The position numbers were made by a program, and so were the translations under genes. Below the pieces are notes generated by a model. That model was not told where the DNA came from and did no database searches. It saw nothing but the letters and a program-made list of their open reading frames with translations. Positions 1 through 11,198 of a stretch of 64,000 nucleotides of DNA are shown piece by piece; the first letter of the stretch is position 1; each line of letters starts with the position of its first letter. Source of the stretch: Vicinamibacterales bacterium (lineage in GTDB: Bacteria > Acidobacteriota > Vicinamibacteria > Vicinamibacterales > UBA2999); contig DASYRM010000195.1 of NCBI GenBank assembly GCA_036004405.1, forward strand, positions 15,250 through 79,249. Reading direction: 5' to 3'.

Positions 1-2
1 CG

Positions 3-128
3 CCCGAGCAGGTACCTGTCCCCAACTGGCACCGGGAGATCCTGGACGAACGGCTGAAGGATTACGAGAAGACTCCGAACGCCGGCGAGAGCTGGGACGT
101 GGTGCGGGAGCAGCTCCGCGACAAACTT
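3..128 (+). pseudogene. 3' part of addiction-module antitoxin (TIGR02574-like), runs off window start; natural stop apparently lost
   Basis: Frame from nt 3 reads PEQVPVPNWHREILDERLKDYEKTPNAGESWDVVREQLRDKL, matching the family pattern W..E.L..R.......G.SW..V; it then reads through into unrelated sequence. Confidence 0.7.
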
Positions 129-216
129 TCGGGAAACCGAACAGGCCGTCGTGATCCTCGCCGTCCTGCATCTGAGGCGCGATCCGCGGATCTGGCGAGG
201 ACGCGCAAGGCCTTGA
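127..216 (+). pseudogene. C-terminal remnant of RelE/ParE-family toxin
   Basis: FRETEQAVVILAVLHLRRDPRIWRGRARP* is the typical ParE C-terminus; no start codon or N-terminal portion. Confidence 0.65.
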
Positions 217-236
217 GGATTCTTTTCAAGCACCGG

Positions 237-417
237 ACGGCCTTACACTCGGGCTCTTATCGAACGCTGCCTGCGCAGCGTGATCGGTAGGCGTCGGCCC
301 GTGACCCCGTTTTCGTTGCGAGTCGCCGCGTTCCGAGGCGACGGGCTCGTCCCGGGCCGTTCGCTGCGTGATTGGGAGACGATCCGCGACCTTAGCTACT
401 CCGAACGGGGCGCATGA
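237..417 (+). pseudogene. VapB-like antitoxin remnant, frameshifted
   Basis: DGLTL in one frame, then RALIERCLRSVIGRRRPVTPFSLRVAAFRGDGLVPGRSLRDWETIRDLSYSERGA* from nt 250; stop overlaps next ATG (ATGA 414-417). Confidence 0.6.
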
Positions 418-473
418 TCGCAGTCGACACCCACATCCTCGTTTATTGGGCGACGTTCACGCCTTTGCGCTGA
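414..473 (+). pseudogene. N-terminal stub of VapC (PIN-domain) toxin
   Basis: MIAVDTHILVYW matches PIN N-terminus MIAVDTNILVYA; stops after 19 codons. Confidence 0.65.
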
Positions 474-495
474 GGCCCGGTATAACATCGACAAG

Positions 496-1464
496 ATGCC
501 CCACGTGCTGGTCACCGGTGGCGCCGGCTTCATCGGCAGCCACCTGGTGGATGCGCTGCTCCGCGACGGCTGCAGCGTGACCGTTGTCGACAACTTCGAT
601 CCGTTCTACGACCGGTCGCTCAAGCTCGCCAACGTCGCCCCTCACCGCGACCACGCGTCGTGGCGGCTGGTCGAGGGCGACATCCGCGACGCCTCGCTCC
701 TGGCGTCGCTGCCGGGCGACATCGAGATGATCGTGCACCTGGCGGCAGCCGCCGGCGTGCGCCCGTCGATCGCCGATCCGGTGCGGTATCAGGACGTCAA
801 CGTCGGGGGCACCCAGAACCTGTTGGAGCTGGCCCGCGCACGCGGCATCCGTCAGTTCGTGTTCGGGTCGTCGAGCAGCGTCTACGGCGTGAACCCGCGT
901 GTCCCGTGGTCGGAAGACGATCACATGCTGCCCATCAGCCCGTACGCCAGCACGAAGATCAGCGGCGAGCTGCTGGGGCACGTCTACGCGCACCTGCACG
1001 GCATCCGGTTCATCGCGTTGCGGCTGTTCACCGTGTTCGGGCCGCGGCAGCGGCCGGATCTCGCCATCAACAAGTTCACGCAGCTGATGGTCGCCGGCCA
1101 GCCGATTCCGCTCTTCGGCGACGGCTCGACGCGTCGCGACTACACCTACGTCGGCGACATCGTGGCCGGCCTCCGCGCCGCGATGCGCTACGACCGCACG
1201 CCGTTCGAGATCATCAACCTCGGAAACAACCATGCCATCAGCCTGATGGAGCTGGTCCGCGAGCTGGAAGGCGTGCTGGGTCTCACGGCGGTGATCGATC
1301 GCCGGCCCGAGCAGCCGGGCGACGTGTCGCAAACGTGGGCCAACATCGACAAGGCGCGACGGCTGCTCGGCTACGAGCCGGCGACGGCGTTTGCCGAAGG
1401 GCTGCGTCACTTCGCCGAGTGGATCGGCGCCGACACGGCACGGGCGCTGCCGCGCGCGCAGTAG
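496..1464 (+). CDS. NAD-dependent nucleotide-sugar epimerase/dehydratase (UDP-glucuronate 4-epimerase-like)
   Basis: TGGAGFIG, HLAAAAGVRPS, SSSSVYG, YASTK, FTVFGPRQRPDLA. Confidence 0.93.
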   Translation: MPHVLVTGGAGFIGSHLVDALLRDGCSVTVVDNFDPFYDRSLKLANVAPHRDHASWRLVEGDIRDASLLASLPGDIEMIVHLAAAAGVRPSIADPVRYQDVNVGGTQNLLELARARGIRQFVFGSSSSVYGVNPRVPWSEDDHMLPISPYASTKISGELLGHVYAHLHGIRFIALRLFTVFGPRQRPDLAINKFTQLMVAGQPIPLFGDGSTRRDYTYVGDIVAGLRAAMRYDRTPFEIINLGNNHAISLMELVRELEGVLGLTAVIDRRPEQPGDVSQTWANIDKARRLLGYEPATAFAEGLRHFAEWIGADTARALPRAQ

Positions 1465-1480
1465 CGGTAGACTCCCACCA

Positions 1481-2440
1481 GTGTTCGACGCGGTTCTGGT
1501 GGTCTCCTTCGGCGGTCCGCAGGGTCCCGACGACATCCGCCCCTTCCTGGCCAACGTGCTGCGCGGCCGCCGCGTCTCGCCGGAGCGCGTCGAAGAAGTG
1601 GCGCACCACTACGAGCTCTTCGGCGGTGTCTCGCCGATCACGGCGATCACCCGCAAGCAGGCCGAGGGTCTCGAGAGCCGTCTACGCAACGCCGGCTACG
1701 CGCTGCCGGTGTACGTCGGCATGCGCAACTGGCACCCGTACCTGGTCGACACCCTGCGCGAGATGCACGCGGCCGGCGTGCGACGGGCGGTCGGCTTCAT
1801 CGCTGCCGCCCAGCACTCCTATTCGAGCTGCCAGCAGTACCGGGAGAACGTGGCCGCGGCGCGCGCCGAGCTGCGCGCCCAGGGCGCCGACGTGGACGTG
1901 ACGTTCGTCGGGAGCTGGTTCGATCATCCGGGGTTCGTGAAGGCCAACGCCGCGCACGTACGCGCGGCCCGCGTCAGGCTCGACCCGGCGCTGCAGGATG
2001 CGGCGCGCCTGGTGTGCACGGCGCACAGCATTCCCCTGCCGATGGCTGCCCGCTCGCGCTACGAGGCGCAGCTCCGCGAGTCGTCGCGTCTCGTGGCTGC
2101 GGCGGCTGGCATGCGGGAGTGGGAGCTGGTCTACCAGAGCCGCAGCGGCCGCCCCGAAGACCCGTGGCTGGGCCCGGACGTCAGCGTCTACCTGCGCGAG
2201 GCGCACGCCGCCGGCCTGCGGGCCGCGGTGGTGTGTCCCATCGGTTTCGTGTGCGACCACGTCGAAGTACTGTACGACCTGGACCAGGAAGCGGCGGGCA
2301 TGTGCCGTGAGATTGGGCTGCCCATGGTGCGCGCCGAAGCGGTCAACGACGACCCGCTATTCCTGGACATGATGGCCGACATGGTGCTCCGCACGGTCCG
2401 CCGCTACGAAACCGGCCGTCCTCTGCCGCTCGCACCATGA
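1481..2440 (+). CDS. hemH: Ferrochelatase
   Basis: SFGGP, RNWHPY, TAHSIP, YQSRSG..PWLGPD, PIGFVCDHVEVLYDLD; GTG start at 1481 inferred. Confidence 0.92.
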   Translation: MFDAVLVVSFGGPQGPDDIRPFLANVLRGRRVSPERVEEVAHHYELFGGVSPITAITRKQAEGLESRLRNAGYALPVYVGMRNWHPYLVDTLREMHAAGVRRAVGFIAAAQHSYSSCQQYRENVAAARAELRAQGADVDVTFVGSWFDHPGFVKANAAHVRAARVRLDPALQDAARLVCTAHSIPLPMAARSRYEAQLRESSRLVAAAAGMREWELVYQSRSGRPEDPWLGPDVSVYLREAHAAGLRAAVVCPIGFVCDHVEVLYDLDQEAAGMCREIGLPMVRAEAVNDDPLFLDMMADMVLRTVRRYETGRPLPLAP

Positions 2441-2465
2441 ACCGGCCGCGGGATGTAGCGCGTAC

Positions 2466-2519
2466 GTAGAGGCGCACCTTCAGGTGCGCCTGCAGGCGGA
2501 CCTAAAGGTCCGCCTCTAC
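2466..2519. repeat. Inverted GTAG-REP doublet (REPIN-like)
   Basis: GTAGAGGCGCACC-TTCA-GGTGCGCC TGCA GGCGGACC-TAAA-GGTCCGCCTCTAC; right-hand GTAG is the NUDIX stop. Confidence 0.88.
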
Positions 2520-3364
2520 GACAAAGGCCTCCATCTCCCGTTCTCGATCGCGAACCGGGTCTCGCGCGGGGAGAAGCCTTCCACCGCCGGGTAGGAGGGG
2601 TCGCCCGGCAGCGTCACGATGCGCGTCGGCCCCTGGAACACCGACTTCGGCTGGATGCGCGGCACCGGGCACGCGCGCGCCCACGCCATCGCCGCGTCTA
2701 CGGTGGCAAACTTCTCGAGCTGACGCAGCGTCGTCCAGGTCGGCGGGGGCAGGGCGATCTCCCCGCGGCGGCAGCGGGTGATCGCCTCGCCCGGCCGGAT
2801 CCACGTCCCCACGGTGGTTTCGCGGCCGCAGTGCGAGGCGTCCTGCGCCTCCGGTTCCACCGCCAGGAAGAAGTAGGCGTCGAAGCGCCGCGGCTCGATG
2901 TCGGGCGTCACCCAGTGGGCAAACAGCGCCAGCCAGTCGAGCGCGATGCGCCACCGCTCGCCGGCCACCACCTCGACGAACGGCCGCCCGGCGGCCACCG
3001 CCTCGCGGCCGCGGTCGAGGGCATCGATCTCGCCTGTGCGCTCGCCCACGGCCTTGCCGTCGCGGTTCCGCGCCAGCAGGATGCCGCCTTCCTCGTACAG
3101 CTCGCGGGCCGCGGCCACGTGAAAGGCTCGGGCCTCGTCGTCGAGCACGCCCTCCATCCGGTCGCGCACGCCGGCCACGCCGTCGCAGATCGCCGCGATG
3201 TCGCCGCCGCTGTCGGCGAGCGACAGCTGCCCGCCGGGAAACACGTAGGCGCCCGCCATCACGGCCACGGCCGTGTGGCGCTTCACCATGAAGACTTCGA
3301 GACCGGCCACGCCGGGCCGGACGAGCGCCACCGTGGACGCGGGCGCGAGCGGCGGAATGGTCAC
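2516..3364 (-). CDS. NUDIX hydrolase (NUDT19-like)
   Basis: YVFPGG, AAARELYEEGGILL, AHWVTP...RRFDAYFF, LPPPT. Confidence 0.88.
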   Translation of the reverse strand: MTIPPLAPASTVALVRPGVAGLEVFMVKRHTAVAVMAGAYVFPGGQLSLADSGGDIAAICDGVAGVRDRMEGVLDDEARAFHVAAARELYEEGGILLARNRDGKAVGERTGEIDALDRGREAVAAGRPFVEVVAGERWRIALDWLALFAHWVTPDIEPRRFDAYFFLAVEPEAQDASHCGRETTVGTWIRPGEAITRCRRGEIALPPPTWTTLRQLEKFATVDAAMAWARACPVPRIQPKSVFQGPTRIVTLPGDPSYPAVEGFSPRETRFAIENGRWRPLS

Positions 3365-3425
3365 CCGGACTTAGAGTAGCTTGTAATGGACGGGCACATC
3401 TCAAGATGTGCCCCTACACTTAACC

Positions 3426-4316
3426 ATGCTGAAAGGAATCGTACTGGCGGGCGGCGCCGGAACCCGCCTGCACCCGCTGACGCGCGGGATCAGCAAGCAG
3501 CTGCTGCCCATCTTCAACAAGCCGATGATCTACTACCCGATCTCGGCGCTGATGCTGGCCGGCATCCGCGAGATCCTGGTGATCACGACGCCGCACGAAC
3601 AGGACGGGTTCCGGCGGCTGCTCGGCGACGGCTCCGAGCTGGGGTTGTCGATCCAGTACGCGGCGCAGCCCAGGCCCGAGGGGCTGGCGCAGGCGTTCGT
3701 TATCGGCCGCGAGTTCGCCGCCGCCGACCGCGTGGCGCTGGCGCTCGGCGACAACATCTTCTACGGCGCCCACTTCTCGGACTCGCTGCGCGACGCGGCG
3801 GCCCGTGAGGCCGGCGCCACCGTGTTCGGCTATCAGGTGCGGGATCCCGAGCGCTACGGGGTGGTGGAGTTCGACGAGGCCGATCGCGTGCTCAGCCTCG
3901 AGGAAAAGCCGGCGCGGCCGCGCTCGTCGTGGGCGGTGACCGGCCTCTACTTCTTCGACAACCAGGTGCTGGACATCGCGGCCGGCCTGAAGCCGTCGGC
4001 ACGCGGCGAGCTGGAAATCGTCGACGTCCTGCTCGAGTACCTCCGCCGCGGCCAGCTCCACGTGGAAAAACTGCCGCGGGGTACCGCGTGGCTCGACACC
4101 GGCACACACGCCGCGCTCATTCAGGCCTCGAACTTCGTGCAGGCGGTGGAAGAGCGCCAGGCGCTGATGATCGCGTGCCTCGAGGAAATTGCGTTCCGGA
4201 TGAACTACATCACGGCGCCGCAGCTCGCGGCCCTCGCCGCGGCGATGGGCAAGAGCTCGTACGGGGACTACCTCCGCCAGATCGTGGAGCAGGACACGAA
4301 GTATGCGGTTCGCTGA
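3426..4316 (+). CDS. rfbA: Glucose-1-phosphate thymidylyltransferase
   Basis: [44 protein letters not shown]. Confidence 0.96.
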   Translation: MLKGIVLAGGAGTRLHPLTRGISKQLLPIFNKPMIYYPISALMLAGIREILVITTPHEQDGFRRLLGDGSELGLSIQYAAQPRPEGLAQAFVIGREFAAADRVALALGDNIFYGAHFSDSLRDAAAREAGATVFGYQVRDPERYGVVEFDEADRVLSLEEKPARPRSSWAVTGLYFFDNQVLDIAAGLKPSARGELEIVDVLLEYLRRGQLHVEKLPRGTAWLDTGTHAALIQASNFVQAVEERQALMIACLEEIAFRMNYITAPQLAALAAAMGKSSYGDYLRQIVEQDTKYAVR

Positions 4317-4872
4317 GACCGAGGTGGCCGGCGCGATCGTCGTCGATCCCGTCGTGCACCGCGACCCGCGCGGCTTCTTCCTCGAGTCGTTTCATGCCGC
4401 GAAATACGCCGCGGCAGGACTGCCCACCCTGTTCGTCCAGGACAACCATTCGCTCTCGGCCGGCGGCACGCTGCGCGGTCTGCACATGCAGATCCTGAAA
4501 CCGCAGGGCAAGCTGGTGCGGGTGATCGAGGGGGCGATCTGGGACATCGCGCTCGACGTCCGGCCCGAGTCGCCGACGTTCCTGCGCTGGACGGGGGCGA
4601 CGTTGTCGGCGGACAACTTCCGGCAGCTCTACATTCCGCCCGGCTGCGCCCACGGCTTCTGCGTGATGAGCGCGGAGGCACAGGTGCAATACAAGTGCAC
4701 CGAGCTGTACGACCCCGCCGACGAGATCGCGATCGCGTGGAACGATCCGGAGGCCGCGATCACGTGGCCGATCGAGACCCCGCTCCTGTCCGCGCGCGAT
4801 CAGGCCGCGCGGCCGCTCCGCGAGGTGCTCGCCATAGTGGCCGAGCGGCGGGCTGCGGTTCTTCGTACTTAA
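4303..4872 (+). CDS. rfbC: dTDP-4-dehydrorhamnose 3,5-epimerase
   Basis: [35 protein letters not shown]. Confidence 0.96.
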   Translation: MRFAETEVAGAIVVDPVVHRDPRGFFLESFHAAKYAAAGLPTLFVQDNHSLSAGGTLRGLHMQILKPQGKLVRVIEGAIWDIALDVRPESPTFLRWTGATLSADNFRQLYIPPGCAHGFCVMSAEAQVQYKCTELYDPADEIAIAWNDPEAAITWPIETPLLSARDQAARPLREVLAIVAERRAAVLRT

Positions 4873-4896
4873 GGGCCGCCTGAAGGCGGCCCCCAC
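4873..4896 (-). repeat. GTAG-family REP (GTGG variant)
   Basis: Minus strand GTGGGGGCCGCC-TTCA-GGCGGCCC between convergent rfbC and icd. Confidence 0.8.
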
Positions 4897-4906
4897 GTAC
4901 TCCGCC

Positions 4907-7132
<2,226 letters not shown>

Positions 7133-7215
7133 GTCCGGAACCATCGATTATATGTGGTGCACGCTATCTCACCGCGATCCTTGGCACGGCGCTGCTCATA
7201 GGGGATCATGCGTGG

Positions 7216-9126
7216 ATGACGCGTGAGCCGGCCAGGGCCGTGCACCGCACTCCGTCTCTCCGGATGCTCCTCGTGGTGCTGGTGGCCGTGCAGGCGGTCA
7301 CCCTGGCGGCCCAGACAGGTTCCACGCCGTCGGCGTCCATCGCCTACCGGCTGTCGTTTCCCCAGCGGGAGCACCGGTTGATGGACGTCGCCGTCACGTT
7401 CTCCGACCTGCCCGACGGTCCGCTCCGGCTGCACATGAGCCGGTCGTCGCCAGGACGCTACGCGCTGCACCAGTTCGCGAAGAACGTGTTCGACTTTCGG
7501 GTCACCGATGGCGCCGGCGCACCGCTCGCGGTCACGCACACGAAGCCGGAAGAGTGGGTGGTGACGACGCACGGCCGCACCGTGGCCGTGTCGTATCGCG
7601 TCTTCGGCGATCGCGTGGACGGCACCTACCTAGGCGTGGACGCGACGCACGCGCACATCAACATGCCGGCGGCCCTCGTGTGGGCCGTCGGACTCGATCG
7701 GCAGCCGATCGAGGTGCGCTTCGAGCCGCCGCCGGGCAGCAACTGGCGCGTGGCCACGCAGCTGTTTCCCGGCGCCGACGAGCACACGTTCACCGCGCCC
7801 AACCTGCAGTACTTGATGGACAGCCCGTCCGAGGTCGGCACCTTCGATCTGCGCTCGTTCACCGTGCCGGACGGCACGCGCATGCCGACGTTCCGCGTGG
7901 CGGTGCACCACAGCGGCGACGGCAGCGAGCTCGACGCCTTCGCTCGCGACGTCGAGAAGATCGTCCGCGAGGCGCGCAACATCTACGGCGAGTTCGCGCC
8001 CTACGACGGCGGCACCTACACGTTTCTGGCCGACTACCTGCCGCAGGCCAACATGGACGGCATGGAGCACCGCAACAGCACGGTGCTTACGGCGAGCGCG
8101 TCCATCCGCGGCAGCCGGGCCGACCTGCTCGACACGGTCGCGCACGAGTTCTTCCACTCGTGGAACGTCGAGCGCATCCGTCCCCGGTCGCTGGAGCCGT
8201 TCAACCTCGACGACGTGAACATGTCGGGCGAGCTGTGGCTGGCCGAAGGGTTCACCAGCTACTTCGGGCCGCTGGTGACGCGGCGCGCCGGGCTGTCGAC
8301 CACCCGCGAGCTGGCGCAGGAGCTGGCCCGCGTGGTCAATGTGGTGCTCACGAACCCCGGGCGCGGCGTGCGCACCGCCGAGGAGATGAGCCAGCAGGCG
8401 CCGTTCACGGATGCGGCCACGGCCATCGATCGCACCAGCTTCGAGAACACCTTCATCTCCTACTACACCTGGGGCGAGGCGATCGGGCTCGCGCTCGATC
8501 TCTCGCTGCGCGATCGGACGTCCGGCAAGGCGTCGCTCGACCGTTTCATGCGCGCGATGTGGGAGAAGTTCGGCAAGCCGGGTGGCGAGCCGGGCTACGT
8601 GGCGATGCCCTACACGATTGACGACGCCAAGGCGGTGCTGGCGTCGGTGTCGGGCAGCCCGGAATTTGCCCAGCAGTTCTTCTCCAAGTACATCCAGGGG
8701 CACGAGTCGGCCGACTACGCCACGCTCCTGTCGCGCGCGGGGCTGGTGCTGCGGCCGCTCAATCCGGGGCTCGCCTATGCCGGCGGCATCCAGCTGCAGA
8801 GCGCCAGCGAGGGCGTGCGGGTGGGCACCGAGGTGCCGTTCGACAGCCCGGCGTTCGCGGCCGGCCTCGAGCGCGAGGACCGGCTGGTGTCCATTGGCGG
8901 CACCGCGGTGACCACCGAGTCGACGGTCCGCGAGGCGATCGCCCGCCGCAAGCCGGGCGACGAGGTGCCCATCGTCTTCGAGCGCCGCGGCGGCGAGCGC
9001 GTGACGGCACGGCTGCGCCTGGTCGCCGACCCGCGCGTGGAGATCGTCACCGTCGAAGAAACGGGCAAGGCGCTGACCACCGCCCAGCGCAACTTCCGCC
9101 GCGCCTGGCTGGGGAGCGAACGATAA
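7216..9126 (+). CDS. M61 glycyl aminopeptidase-family metallopeptidase with PDZ domain (copy 1)
   Basis: Signal peptide, GMEHRNS, HEFFHSWN, LWLAEGFTSY, ISYY, C-terminal PDZ; start may be 7264. Confidence 0.9.
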   Translation: MTREPARAVHRTPSLRMLLVVLVAVQAVTLAAQTGSTPSASIAYRLSFPQREHRLMDVAVTFSDLPDGPLRLHMSRSSPGRYALHQFAKNVFDFRVTDGAGAPLAVTHTKPEEWVVTTHGRTVAVSYRVFGDRVDGTYLGVDATHAHINMPAALVWAVGLDRQPIEVRFEPPPGSNWRVATQLFPGADEHTFTAPNLQYLMDSPSEVGTFDLRSFTVPDGTRMPTFRVAVHHSGDGSELDAFARDVEKIVREARNIYGEFAPYDGGTYTFLADYLPQANMDGMEHRNSTVLTASASIRGSRADLLDTVAHEFFHSWNVERIRPRSLEPFNLDDVNMSGELWLAEGFTSYFGPLVTRRAGLSTTRELAQELARVVNVVLTNPGRGVRTAEEMSQQAPFTDAATAIDRTSFENTFISYYTWGEAIGLALDLSLRDRTSGKASLDRFMRAMWEKFGKPGGEPGYVAMPYTIDDAKAVLASVSGSPEFAQQFFSKYIQGHESADYATLLSRAGLVLRPLNPGLAYAGGIQLQSASEGVRVGTEVPFDSPAFAAGLEREDRLVSIGGTAVTTESTVREAIARRKPGDEVPIVFERRGGERVTARLRLVADPRVEIVTVEETGKALTTAQRNFRRAWLGSER

Positions 9127-9134
9127 GTGTTTTC

Positions 9135-9242
9135 GTATGGCCGCCTTCAGGCGGCGAGCGTCTGTCGTAGGGGCCGCCTTTAGGCGGCCCGTGCCCGGGA
9201 GTCTGTCGTAGGGGCCGCCTTCAGGCGGCCCGTGCCCGGGAG
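9135..9242 (+). repeat. Tandem REP array with 41-bp period
   Basis: TCTGTCGTAGGGGCCGCCTTYAGGCGGCCCGTGCCCGGGAG twice (GTAG at 9167, 9208) plus a degenerate copy at 9135. Confidence 0.88.
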
Positions 9243-9258
9243 CCGGTAGAATTCCCGC

Positions 9259-11082
9259 ATGGCTTCCCGGCTGCTTCTCCTGCTCGTCGCCGCCGCCCTG
9301 CTCATGACACACGCTGAAACCGCCGCTGCCCAGACCGCGGCCGAGCCGCTCCGCTACACCCTCAGCTTCCCGGCGCCGCAGACGCACTACATGGAGGTGG
9401 CGGTCGCCGTGCCCACCGACCGGCGGCCCGAGGTGGAGCTGATGATGGCGGTGTGGACGCCCGGGTCGTACCTCGTGCGCGAGTACGAGCGCAACGTCGA
9501 GGGCGTGACCGCGGCCGCGGCCCACGGCCGCGCGCTGACGGTGGTGAAGTCGGACAAGAACCGCTGGCGCGTGACCACCGGCGGCGCGGCCACCGTCACC
9601 GTGAAGTACCGGGTCTACGCCCGCGAGATGTCGGTGCGCACCAACTGGGTGGAGGCCGGCTTCGCGCTCGTGAACGGCGCGCCCACGTTCCTGACGCTGG
9701 CCGACCGCACCCCACGGGCACATGAAGTCGTCATCACGCCGGCCCTGGGGTGGGCTCGCTCGATGACGTCGCTGCCCGAGATGCCGGGCGGCGCGCACCG
9801 GTATCGAGCCCCCGACTTCGATACGCTGGCCGACTCGCCGATCGTCATCGGCAACCCGGCCGTGCACGAGTTCACGGTGGACGGCAAGAAGCACTACCTG
9901 GTGAACGTGGGCGAGGGCGGCGTCTTCGACGGCGCGCGCGCCGCCAAGGACCTCGAGGCCATCGTGCGCGAGTACCGGCGCATGTGGGGATTCCTGCCGT
10001 ACGAGAAGTACCTCTTCTTGAACCTGCTCACCGAGTCGGGCGGCGGCCTCGAGCACAAGAACTCCACCGTGCTCATGGCCAGCCGGTGGACGACGCGCAC
10101 GCGGCGCAGCTACAACAACTGGCTCGATCTGGCCAGCCACGAGTTCTTTCACGCGTGGAACGTGAAGCGGCTGCGACCGGTGGAGCTGGGGCCGTTCGAT
10201 TACGAGAACGAGGTCCACACCAAGAGCCTGTGGATTGCCGAAGGCGTCACCGAGTACTACGCCGATCTCACGCTGCACCGCGCCGGGCTCATCACCCGCG
10301 ACGAGTACCTGGATTCGGTCTCGGACCGCATCGAGGAGCTGCAGACGACGCCCGGCCGTCTGGTGCAGTCCGCCGAGATGGCGTCGTACGACGCGTGGAT
10401 CAAGTACTACCGGCCGGACGAGAACTCCATCAACACGGCGATCAGCTACTACACCAAGGGATCGGTGGTGGGGCTGCTGCTCGACGCCCGCATCCGCAAG
10501 GCGACCAACGGCGCCAGGAGTCTGGACGACGTGATGAAGGCCGCCTATGAGAAGTACTCGGGCATGCGCGGCTACACCGCCGACGAGTTCCGCGGCGTCG
10601 CCGAGCAGGTGGCGGGCACGAGCCTCAAGAGCTTCTGGGATTCGGCCGTCTCCGGCACTGACGAACTCGACTACAAGGACGCGCTCGACACCCTCGGGCT
10701 GCGCTTCCGCTCCGTGTCGGTGCCGGCGGACCGTCCGGGCCGCGCGTGGCTCGGCATCGGCACCCGCAACGACGCCGGCCGGCTGCTGGTGACGCAGGTG
10801 CGCCGCGACACGCCGGCCCTGGCAGCGGGGCTGAACGTCGACGACGAGATCCTGGCGATCGACGACTACCGCGTGCGCGCGGATCGTCTCGACAACCGGC
10901 TGGAGCAGTACCGCCCCGGCGACAAGGTGGTGCTCCTGGTGGCGCGCCGCGAGCAGCTGCTGCGGCTCGAGCTGACGTTCGGCACCGAACCGACCCGCGC
11001 CTGGCGGCTCGAGGTGAACCCCTCGGCCAGCGAGGCGCAGCAGAGCAGCCGCGGCCGCTGGCTCAACCCGGGTCGCGCGTAA
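9259..11082 (+). CDS. M61 metallopeptidase with PDZ domain (copy 2)
   Basis: WTPGSYLVRE, GGGLEHKNS, HEFFHAWNVKR, LWIAEGVTEY, ISYYTKG. Confidence 0.93.
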   Translation: MASRLLLLLVAAALLMTHAETAAAQTAAEPLRYTLSFPAPQTHYMEVAVAVPTDRRPEVELMMAVWTPGSYLVREYERNVEGVTAAAAHGRALTVVKSDKNRWRVTTGGAATVTVKYRVYAREMSVRTNWVEAGFALVNGAPTFLTLADRTPRAHEVVITPALGWARSMTSLPEMPGGAHRYRAPDFDTLADSPIVIGNPAVHEFTVDGKKHYLVNVGEGGVFDGARAAKDLEAIVREYRRMWGFLPYEKYLFLNLLTESGGGLEHKNSTVLMASRWTTRTRRSYNNWLDLASHEFFHAWNVKRLRPVELGPFDYENEVHTKSLWIAEGVTEYYADLTLHRAGLITRDEYLDSVSDRIEELQTTPGRLVQSAEMASYDAWIKYYRPDENSINTAISYYTKGSVVGLLLDARIRKATNGARSLDDVMKAAYEKYSGMRGYTADEFRGVAEQVAGTSLKSFWDSAVSGTDELDYKDALDTLGLRFRSVSVPADRPGRAWLGIGTRNDAGRLLVTQVRRDTPALAAGLNVDDEILAIDDYRVRADRLDNRLEQYRPGDKVVLLVARREQLLRLELTFGTEPTRAWRLEVNPSASEAQQSSRGRWLNPGRA

Positions 11083-11114
11083 GCGTGTCCAGCACCGACG
11101 GCCGTAACGACGGC

Positions 11115-11198
11115 ATGACCTCGCGTTACGTCGGCGTGCTCGTCGTGTGGGTGGCGGTGCTCCTGGCGCTCTACGCCGTGCAGCAGTACTTCTCCTGA
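11115..11198 (+). CDS. Small single-TM protein coupled to the SSS transporter
   Basis: MTSRYVGVLVVWVAVLLALYAVQQYFS*; TGATG overlap with transporter start. Confidence 0.65.
   Translation: MTSRYVGVLVVWVAVLLALYAVQQYFS

Noticed and set aside
7181..7196. Sigma54-like TTGGCACGGCGCTGCT
   Set aside because: GG-to-GC spacing is 9, not the required 10
9135..9242. CRISPR-like repeats here and at 13403-13472
   Set aside because: Intervening sequences are identical or too short, the units are dispersed REPs, and there are no cas genes
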